From the NCBI GenBank assembly GCA_963721805.1, contig CAVRJY010000002.1:480001-544000 (forward strand): a stretch of 64,000 nt of DNA, in the 5' to 3' direction. Under the pieces are notes generated by a model. The model was given only the letters and a program-made list of their open reading frames with translations. It was not told the origin of the DNA and did not search any database. Below, in pieces: positions 20,070 to 27,456 of this stretch. Each line of letters begins with the position of its first letter. Positions within the stretch are counted from its first letter, which is position 1. A program made the position numbers and the translations under genes. Source of the DNA: Nitrospirota bacterium (GTDB taxonomy: Bacteria; Nitrospirota; Thermodesulfovibrionia; Thermodesulfovibrionales; JdFR-86).

Positions 20070-21343
20070 TGAACGTCCTCGTAGTCGGCCTGAACCATAA
20101 GACAGCGGCGGTCGAAGTCCGCGAGAAACTCGCGTTCGGCGGCGAGAAGCTCGAGCGCGGCCTGAAGGGGTTCAAGGCGCTCAAGACCGTCCGCGAGGCC
20201 GTGATCGTATCGACCTGCAACCGCGTGGAGATGTACGCCAACGTCTCGTCGCCCGAGGCCGCCTCGGAGGAGATCAAGACGTTCCTGGCCGAGTTCCACG
20301 GCATCAGGCGCGAGCTGCTGGATACCTCGCTCTACTTCCACGTCGGCCGCGACGCTGTGCGCCACATCTTCCGCGTGGCATCGAGCCTCGACAGCATGGT
20401 AGTAGGCGAGCCCCAGATACTCGGGCAGCTAAAGGACGCCTTCGAGCTCTCGCTCAAGCACAAGACCACCGGCGTGCTCTTAAACAAGCTCATGAAGAAA
20501 TCCATCTCGGTGGCCAAGCGAGTGCGCACCGAGACGAAGATCGCTGAAAACGCGGTCTCGATAAGCTTCGCGGCCGTGGAGCTCGCAAAGAAGATCTTCG
20601 GCGACGTCTCGGACAAGGCCGTGCTCCTGCTCGGGGCCGGCGAGATGGCCGAGCTCGCGGCAAAGCACCTGGTAAACGTTGGAGTGCGCGACCTGGCGGT
20701 GGCCAACCGCACGTTCGCGACCGGCTGCAAGCTGGCCGAGGAGATCGGGGGCCGCCCGGTGAAGTTCGAGCTGTTCATCGACGAGATGGCCCACTCCGAC
20801 ATTGTGATCTGCTCCACCGGCGCGCCGGACTACGTCGTGAAGAAGGACGACATGCACCAGCTCATGCACCGCCGCAAGCAAAAGCCGGTCTTCCTGATCG
20901 ACATATCGGTGCCCAGAAACCTCGACCCGAAGATCAACGGGCTCGCGAACGTCTACCTCTACGACGTCGACGACCTGCAGGGCGTCGTTAACACGAACGT
21001 GCAGGAGCGCCAGAAAGAGGCATCAAAGGCCGAGGCGATCATCTCAGACGAGATCGAGACCTTCGAGCGCTGGCAGAGTTCGCTTGACGCGGTGCCGACT
21101 ATCGTCGCGCTCCGCGAGCGGGCCGAGGAGATCAAGCGCGCCGAGATCGAGAAGGCCGTAAACAAGCTGCCCGGCCTCGGAGAGCGCGAACGCAAGGCAA
21201 TCGAGCTCGTGGCGTCCTCGATAATCAACAAGCTCATCCACCCGCCCACCGCCGCTCTCAAGGAAGACACCGAGGACAAGGACGTCCTGATCGCGATGGT
21301 CAAGCGCCTCTACGGGCTCGAGAAGAACTCCCGCGACGAGTAG
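20069..21343 (+). CDS. hemA: Glutamyl-tRNA reductase
   Basis: GLNHKTA, STCNRVE, SLDSMVVGEPQILGQ, GAGEM and DISVPRN. Confidence 0.98.
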   Translation: MNVLVVGLNHKTAAVEVREKLAFGGEKLERGLKGFKALKTVREAVIVSTCNRVEMYANVSSPEAASEEIKTFLAEFHGIRRELLDTSLYFHVGRDAVRHIFRVASSLDSMVVGEPQILGQLKDAFELSLKHKTTGVLLNKLMKKSISVAKRVRTETKIAENAVSISFAAVELAKKIFGDVSDKAVLLLGAGEMAELAAKHLVNVGVRDLAVANRTFATGCKLAEEIGGRPVKFELFIDEMAHSDIVICSTGAPDYVVKKDDMHQLMHRRKQKPVFLIDISVPRNLDPKINGLANVYLYDVDDLQGVVNTNVQERQKEASKAEAIISDEIETFERWQSSLDAVPTIVALRERAEEIKRAEIEKAVNKLPGLGERERKAIELVASSIINKLIHPPTAALKEDTEDKDVLIAMVKRLYGLEKNSRDE

Positions 21344-21481
21344 CGCTCACACGCAGATCTCCAGAGTTGCCCGCGCCAGTCTTATCGGTCTAAAAAGGGG
21401 TTGAGGGACGCATTGCAGGGGGAGGGTTTCCCTGAAATGCGCCCCTCGTAAAGGAGTAGGAGATGAAGCCTGTCTATATGT

Positions 21482-21937
21482 CTAGCGCTGGCCCTCGTCG
21501 TGGTGATCGTGCATCTCGGCGTTGTAACGCTCGCGGAGTTCATCGCGCCACCTGCGGCCAGCATCCTCTACGTCGCTGAGCCTGTCGTTGATCTGGTGGC
21601 GGAGCCTGCGGAGGTCTCTGTTGAGCCTCTCGGAGGCTTCCCTGTCGTCGCGCCTGAGCGCCTCTCTATACTCAACCGTCTTTTCGCTGAACTCCCGGCG
21701 CATGCGCTCTGTGTCTTTCATGGCGCGGTGGAGCACCTCGGGGGGCATCGGCATGTTCTCCCACCACTCGTGGTGTTCGCCCTGCGGTCCGCCCATCTGC
21801 CCGCCCTGCTGTCCGCCCATCTGCGATCCGCCCATCTGCCCGCCTTGATCCTGCGCTAACGCTACGCCGCTTATGGCCATAAGCCCGAATACCAGCACCG
21901 CCGCCAAAAGCAATTTCCATCCGTCAGTCTTCAACAT
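21482..21937 (-). CDS. Secreted helical protein, Spy/CpxP/ZraP-like, with a Gly/Gln/Met repeat
   Basis: Signal peptide ending ALA, GGQMGG repeats, charged coiled coil and His clusters; AGGAG SD. Confidence 0.6.
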   Translation of the reverse strand: MLKTDGWKLLLAAVLVFGLMAISGVALAQDQGGQMGGSQMGGQQGGQMGGPQGEHHEWWENMPMPPEVLHRAMKDTERMRREFSEKTVEYREALRRDDREASERLNRDLRRLRHQINDRLSDVEDAGRRWRDELRERYNAEMHDHHDEGQR

Positions 21938-22055
21938 CGCTCAGTCTCCTTCCTGGTAGTGTGATACTTAAATTCTACCAGTCCGTTAGAAAAAGTCTAG
22001 CAAAAGAGTTTGAACTCCGAATGAAGAAATAATGAAACAATTATGAAGGCCCTCC

Positions 22056-22085
22056 TTGACATCCGAAAACAGCGAGCCGTACACT
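22056..22085 (+). promoter_or_regulatory. sigma70 promoter of argS
   Basis: TTGACA-N18-TACACT, ending 9 nt before the ATG. Confidence 0.7.
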
Positions 22086-22094
22086 TATACCTCC

Positions 22095-23738
22095 ATGAAA
22101 TACCGCATACTCAATGAGATATCCGCGGCGCTCGCCTCGCTCGGAATCGAGACCCCGGCCTTCGTTGAGGTCGAGACCCCGCGGGACGCCTCGATGGGCG
22201 ACTACTCCACGCCGGTCGGCATGGTGCTCGCCAGGACCCTCAAACGGCCGCCGCGCCAGATAGCGCAATCCATCGCGGACGCGATCCCCAAAGGCGGGCT
22301 CTTTAAAGACGTCACTGTTGCGGGGCCGGGTTTCATCAACTTCACGCTCTCCGACGCCACGCTCGCCGATGTAACGCGCACGATACTTACGAGCGGCACC
22401 GAGGCGATGCTCCCGAGCCTCGGGAAGGGCCGCCGCATTCAGATCGAGTTCGTGAGCGCGAACCCGACCGGCCCCCTGCACCTCGGCCACGGCCGCGGCG
22501 CCGCGGTGGGCTGCGCGCTTTCGAATATATTGACCGCGGGCGGATACGAGGTCGTCCGCGAGTATTACGTCAACGACGCCGGCCGCCAGGTCAAGCTCCT
22601 CGGTGAGAGCGTCTTTGCGCGCTACAAGGAGCTCCTCGGCGTCGATTACCCCTTCCCCGAGGACGGGTACAAGGGCGATTACATAATCGAGGCCGGCCGC
22701 CGGATGCTCGAGCAGATCGGCGAAAAATACAGGGACGCTCCATACGACACCGGGGCCGAGGCCGAGTTCATCCAAAGCTCGCTCGACGCGATGCTCGACG
22801 TGATAAAGGAAGACCTCGACCACTTCGGCGTCCGGTTCGACGTATGGCAGAGCGAGCGCACGCTCTACAGCGAGGGCGCTGTGGGTCACGCGATAGAGTT
22901 CCTGCGCGACAAGGGGCTGATGTACGAGGCCGACGGCGCGCTCTGGTTCAGGGCCACCGAGTTCGGGGACGAGAAGGACCGCGTCACGATCAAGGCCGAC
23001 GGGGCGCACACCTACTTCGCCTCCGACATCGCCTACCACCTCAAGAAGGTCGAGGCCGGGTTCGACGAGATCATAGACATCTGGGGCGCTGACCACCACG
23101 GCTACATCCCCCGCATGGAAGCCGTCATAGAGGCCCTCGGCTACGACAGGGCGCGGCTCAAGGTGCTCCTGATCCAGATGGTCAACCTCCTGCGCGGCGG
23201 AAAGCCGGTGCAGATGTCCAAGCGCTCCGGCGAGTTCGTCACGCTTCGCGAGGTCATCGACGAGGTCGGCGCGGACATCACGAAGTTCGTCTTCCTCACG
23301 CGCCGCCACGACAGCCAGCTCACGTTTGACCTCGAGAGCGTAAAGGCCGCCTCGGCCGAAAACCCGGTCTTCTATATCCAGTACGCAAACGCGCGCATCA
23401 ACAGCCTCTTCGCGCACGCAGCCACGGACGAGCCGGAGGCCGCCGAGATCAATGCCGACCTTGCGCTGCTCGTCGAGCCGGAGGAACGCCGCCTGATGGC
23501 GAAGCTCGCCGAGTACCCGATGGTATTCGAGCTTGCATCCGAGGGCCGCGAGCCTCACCGCATCACGTTTTATCTGCAGGAGCTCGCAGGTACTTTCCAC
23601 CCCTACTATAACCGCCACCGGGTTGTAACCGGCACGCCCGCGCTCACGTCCGCACGCCTCGCGCTTTGCGATGCGGTCAGACGCACCATACGCGACGGGC
23701 TTAAACTGATAGGCATCTCTGCACCGGACAAGATGTAA
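22095..23738 (+). CDS. argS: Arginine--tRNA ligase
   Basis: SANPTGPLHLGHGR (HIGH), WGADHHGY, MSKRSG and YIQYANAR. Confidence 0.98.
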   Translation: MKYRILNEISAALASLGIETPAFVEVETPRDASMGDYSTPVGMVLARTLKRPPRQIAQSIADAIPKGGLFKDVTVAGPGFINFTLSDATLADVTRTILTSGTEAMLPSLGKGRRIQIEFVSANPTGPLHLGHGRGAAVGCALSNILTAGGYEVVREYYVNDAGRQVKLLGESVFARYKELLGVDYPFPEDGYKGDYIIEAGRRMLEQIGEKYRDAPYDTGAEAEFIQSSLDAMLDVIKEDLDHFGVRFDVWQSERTLYSEGAVGHAIEFLRDKGLMYEADGALWFRATEFGDEKDRVTIKADGAHTYFASDIAYHLKKVEAGFDEIIDIWGADHHGYIPRMEAVIEALGYDRARLKVLLIQMVNLLRGGKPVQMSKRSGEFVTLREVIDEVGADITKFVFLTRRHDSQLTFDLESVKAASAENPVFYIQYANARINSLFAHAATDEPEAAEINADLALLVEPEERRLMAKLAEYPMVFELASEGREPHRITFYLQELAGTFHPYYNRHRVVTGTPALTSARLALCDAVRRTIRDGLKLIGISAPDKM

Positions 23739-23743
23739 GGGAT

Positions 23744-23923
23744 TAAAGCGCTCCAAATCGCTTGATACTGCGTTGGGCATCAAAGACTCGCCCTCTATGT
23801 ACGTCTCAGTACACCATCGGGCGGTCTCCTCGCCCTGCCTTGTCTGAAGCCGATTTGGGCGCGCTTTCGGGGGGCACGGACGAAGGAAGCCCCCCGCGCC
23901 CCACGAGGTCAACGGCTTAGTTA
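23744..23923 (+). repeat. Dispersed palindromic element, copy 3
   Basis: Near-identical to 7551-7673, then a ggggg...ccccc hairpin and the shared tail ggcttagtta. Confidence 0.9.
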
Positions 23924-24299
23924 TATACATACTTCCCGCGCGCGGCCGCGCGTATTTTTTTAGAGCGTTCAAATGAACGGAGAAAAAACAATCCAACACA
24001 TTGGAATACCGCATTTTCTTGACTGTCCCCCTGTTCATGCGTTCAGAAACGTTTTTCACGCGGCCTTCCGATCTCCGGCCTAGTTAAATTAGTCTGTATA
24101 CATATCATGCGCGATGATAAACCAGCAGGTCGGAACTGCGCCATGGGAACTGGTTCCCATTGACCAGTTCCGGGGATTTATGTTATGGAGGCAGAACTCC
24201 CGTACTCATATTATATTGGCCAATTTTAATAGCCGGCCATCTCAATAATCGGCAATAACCGTCTCTGGTATAATATTTAAGCGGCACAGGAGGTGGCTT

Positions 24300-24524
24300 A
24301 TGTCATACAAAATAAGCATAGTCATAGAAAAAGACGAGTCCGGCTACTACGCATACAGCCCCGAGCTTGAGGGCTGCCAATCGCAGGGCGAAACGTTCGA
24401 TGAGGCGCTCTCGAACATCAAGGAGGCCATCGAGCTTTACCTTGAGACGATGTCACCCGACGAGAAGCTAGCCTATCTGAGCAAAGAAATCTTTACAACC
24501 GCCATTGAGGTACAGGTTGCCTAA
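24300..24524 (+). CDS. hicB: HicB-family antitoxin
   Basis: IEKDESGYYAYSPELEGCQSQGETFDEALSNIKEAIELYLE. Confidence 0.92.
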   Translation: MSYKISIVIEKDESGYYAYSPELEGCQSQGETFDEALSNIKEAIELYLETMSPDEKLAYLSKEIFTTAIEVQVA

Positions 24525-24710
24525 GCTTCCCCGGCTGACGCCGCTGGACGCTGAGGCAATGCTTCTCAAAACCGGATTCATATTAACCCGCAGCAAGGGC
24601 AGCCACAGAATTTACATGAAAGCCTCACGCAGGGTCGTTCTCCCGTTTCACTCAGGCATGTGCTTCACCCAAAGATTGTCATGCAAGTCCTAAAGGCTAT
24701 CGAACAATAA
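24517..24710 (+). pseudogene. hicA: HicA-family toxin with a -1 frameshift near 24658
   Basis: TTG start MPKLPRL...RSKGSHRIY...VVLPFHSG continues in another frame as VLHPKIVMQVLKAIEQ*. Confidence 0.85.
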
Positions 24711-24764
24711 TTAACGCTTCTTTCACTCCCCTTATCCCGCCGATGCAATAACTTTTTTCCATAA

Positions 24765-24780
24765 TGTAATCCGGATCACA
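24765..24780. promoter_or_regulatory. CRP/FNR-family-like operator
   Basis: TGTAA-TCCGGA-TCACA, one mismatch from TGTGA-N6-TCACA, upstream of the riboswitch leader. Confidence 0.45.
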
Positions 24781-24830
24781 GAAGCGGGCCGCGCATTGTG
24801 TTATTGTTCTATCACGAAGGCTTCGTAACA

Positions 24831-24929
24831 ACTCTGCTCAGAGCAAACCAGGGGAAACCCGGGGGCGCAGAGCATCGGGACTAACGAACGGTCAGCCAGC
24901 ACGTTCCATGTCAGCCGGGCCGCCAGAGT
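24831..24929 (+). ncRNA. GEMM-I (c-di-GMP-I family) riboswitch aptamer, A20 variant
   Basis: GCAAACC-AGGG-GAAA-CCCG-GGGGCGCAGAGC...GGGACUAA...AUGUCAGCCGGGCCGCC matches the class I layout; P1 is ACUCUG/CAGAGU. Confidence 0.88.
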
Positions 24930-24953
24930 GCAGCATACTCCGGCGGCTTTTTT
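24919..24953 (+). terminator. Riboswitch expression-platform terminator
   Basis: gccgccagag...ctccggcggc stem plus a T-tract, overlapping the 3' end of the aptamer. Confidence 0.8.
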
Positions 24954-25055
24954 GCGTGCTTTAGAGGCCGCCGGGGCGTCAGGGCGGAGCGCCGGGCGGC
25001 TCTTAGACCGGCCCGGCGGCGTGGAGGTATGGACAATTTAAATCAGGAGGGCTAA

Positions 25056-25739
25056 ATGAAAATCATAAGGTATATCCTGCTCGTCTCAATAGTGCTCGTG
25101 GCGACCGCTGGCGTGGCACTCGCATGGGACAGCGACCATAAGGTCTATAAGGCGCGGTTTGTCCCGTGTGTTGCGGCGTTATGCGGGGTGGATTCGGCCG
25201 CCACGCTCGACGTGGGCGAGGTCGAGGTCACGTCCGACGGCAGGGTGAGCGTCGAGCTGGAGGGCAGCAACATCATAAACGGGACGCTGGCGGTGAGCTA
25301 CCAGCCGATCAACGGGGCCGCCGTATCCATAGGCGTCTTCAATACGGACGCTTACGGCAGCCTCGACAGCGGCGACGATGACTATGACGGCTGGGGATGC
25401 GAGCGCGAGGACGGCGAGGACACGATGGTGGGCATACTGAACACGACGACCTCCATGGGGATCTTCATCATATCCGATGCGGTGCCGGACACCAACGGCG
25501 TCATCAACAATTACTTCGTTACCGCGTTCTCGACGACTCCTGAGCTGACCGGGCCTCAGCCCGGCGCGTTTGACGATATATCCAGCATGGGCGAGCTTAA
25601 GAGCGCATACAAGCAGAAGACCGCGCTCGCATCCAAGGGCGTGAAGTCACAGACGAATTCCCTCTCGAAGAGTCTGGCAAAGACCAGGACGAGGCTGAAG
25701 CAGGACTACCAAAGCAGGGCAGCGGCATTGTCTAACTAG
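25056..25739 (+). CDS. Secreted hypothetical protein under riboswitch control
   Basis: Signal peptide ending ALA, acidic beta-rich middle, basic C-terminal helix; AGGAGG SD. Confidence 0.75.
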   Translation: MKIIRYILLVSIVLVATAGVALAWDSDHKVYKARFVPCVAALCGVDSAATLDVGEVEVTSDGRVSVELEGSNIINGTLAVSYQPINGAAVSIGVFNTDAYGSLDSGDDDYDGWGCEREDGEDTMVGILNTTTSMGIFIISDAVPDTNGVINNYFVTAFSTTPELTGPQPGAFDDISSMGELKSAYKQKTALASKGVKSQTNSLSKSLAKTRTRLKQDYQSRAAALSN

Positions 25740-25813
25740 GCGTCATTCGAGGCGGCAGGGAGGCATGGAAATGTCTCCCTGCCGTCCCCTCCTTGAGATA
25801 TTCCAGAGGGGGC

Positions 25814-26074
25814 TTATGTGGCGGAATCCTTCTTTGCGTCAGCGGTTTCCTTCGAAGCGGGCTCCTGCTGCTTCGCCATCGCGGAGGGGGATGCCAGTTC
25901 CTTCGGAGCTTCCTTTTTGTCGTCCTCGTCATCGCCGGCCATGGCTTTTTTAAATCCCCTGATGCTCTCACCGAGCCCCTTGCCGATTGCCGGCAGCTTC
26001 CCCGGTCCGAAGATCAGCAGCACGATAAACAGTATTACGAGCAAATGCATCGGTTGAAACAGCCCTCTGCCCAT
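25814..26074 (-). CDS. tatA: Twin-arginine translocase TatA/E
   Basis: LLIFGPGKLPAIGKGLGESIRGFKKA. Confidence 0.93.
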   Translation of the reverse strand: MGRGLFQPMHLLVILFIVLLIFGPGKLPAIGKGLGESIRGFKKAMAGDDEDDKKEAPKELASPSAMAKQQEPASKETADAKKDSAT

Positions 26075-26124
26075 AGCAGTACCTCCTTGTGACGGGTATG
26101 TTTCTAGTATAACCCAACTGCCCC

Positions 26125-27456
26125 CTAGAGCATCGGGAGGTACGTCTCTATCTCGTAGGGGAATATCTGCGTGCGGTACTTGTCCCACTCGACGCGCTTG
26201 CTCATGATCAACTCGTTAAACGCGTGGTCCCCGAGCGTATCGCGCAGAAGTTCGCTTTGTTGGGCCTTCTCTATGGCCTCGATCAGGCTTCCGGGCAGCT
26301 CATCGATCCCGAGCCTCTCTCGTTCCTCGGCCTTCAGGTGGTATACGTCCATGTCCGAGGGCTCCGGGAGCTTGTACTTGCGCTCTATGCCCGCGAGCCC
26401 GGCGCTCAGCATGCAGGCGAACGCGAGGTAGGGGTTGCAGGCCGGGTCCGGCGAGCGAAGCTCGATGCGCGTCGCGTTCTCCTTGCCGGGCTTGTACAGC
26501 GGCACGCGCACGAGCGCGGAGCGGTTGCGCATGGCCCAGCATATATAAACAGGCGCCTCGAATCCGGGCACGAGCCGCTTGTAGGAGTTCACCCACTGGT
26601 TCAGCACCAGCGTGATCTCAGGGATGTGCTTCAGTATCCCGGCGGTGTAGTGCTTCGCGGTGTCCGAGAGGTAGTGCCGGTCCTTCGGGTCGAAGAACGC
26701 GTTTTTGGCGCCCTTAAAAAGCGACTGGTGCGTGTGCATCCCGCTGCCGTTCTGCCCGGCCATGGGCTTGGGCATGAACGTGGCGTAGCTGCCGTATTTG
26801 CGCGCTATCTCCTTGACGACGATGCGGTAGGTCATCACGGTGTCGGCCATCTGAAGCGCGTCGCCGTATCTAAGGTCGATCTCGTGCTGAGACGGGGCGA
26901 CCTCGTGGTGCGAGTACTCCACGCCTATGCCCATCGCCTCCAGAGAGAGTATAGTGTCGCGCCTGAGGTCCTCGGCCGCGTCGAGCGGGTAGTCGAAGTA
27001 CCCGCCGTTGTCCAGCACCTCGGTGCCTGCGTTGTCCTTGAAGTAGAAGTACTCGAGCTCCGGGCCAACGTGCATCGTGTAGCCCTTCTTGGCCGCGCGC
27101 TCGATATTGCGCTTGAGTATATAGCGCGGATCGCCCTTGTACGGGCCGCCCCCGGGCTCGTGGATGTCGCAGAACATCCGCGCCACGGCCTTTTCCTTGG
27201 GCCGCCACGGTAGGAGGGCAAACGTCGAAGGGTCCGGCCGCGCGACCATGTCGCTTTCGTCTATGCGCGCGAAGCCGTGGATCGAGGAGCCGTCAAACCC
27301 CATGCCCTCTTTAAATGCGCCGCCGAGTTCCTCGACCGGCAGGGCGAAGCTCTTGAGCATCCCGTGTATGTCCGAAAACCATAGCCTGATGAACTTCACG
27401 TTATGCTTGCGGACGAGCTCCATCACATCCTTCTCGTCCGTGCGAGTCTTTTTCAT
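26125..27456 (-). CDS. glnA: Glutamine synthetase type I
   Basis: FDGSSI, GPELEY, HHEVAPSQHE, ATFMPKP...NGSGMH, NSYKRLVPG and IELRSPD. Confidence 0.96.
   Translation of the reverse strand: MKKTRTDEKDVMELVRKHNVKFIRLWFSDIHGMLKSFALPVEELGGAFKEGMGFDGSSIHGFARIDESDMVARPDPSTFALLPWRPKEKAVARMFCDIHEPGGGPYKGDPRYILKRNIERAAKKGYTMHVGPELEYFYFKDNAGTEVLDNGGYFDYPLDAAEDLRRDTILSLEAMGIGVEYSHHEVAPSQHEIDLRYGDALQMADTVMTYRIVVKEIARKYGSYATFMPKPMAGQNGSGMHTHQSLFKGAKNAFFDPKDRHYLSDTAKHYTAGILKHIPEITLVLNQWVNSYKRLVPGFEAPVYICWAMRNRSALVRVPLYKPGKENATRIELRSPDPACNPYLAFACMLSAGLAGIERKYKLPEPSDMDVYHLKAEERERLGIDELPGSLIEAIEKAQQSELLRDTLGDHAFNELIMSKRVEWDKYRTQIFPYEIETYLPML

Noticed and set aside
22041..24059. 672-aa minus-strand ORF
   Set aside because: Antisense shadow of argS running through repeat copy 3; typical of high-GC codon bias and without recognisable motifs.
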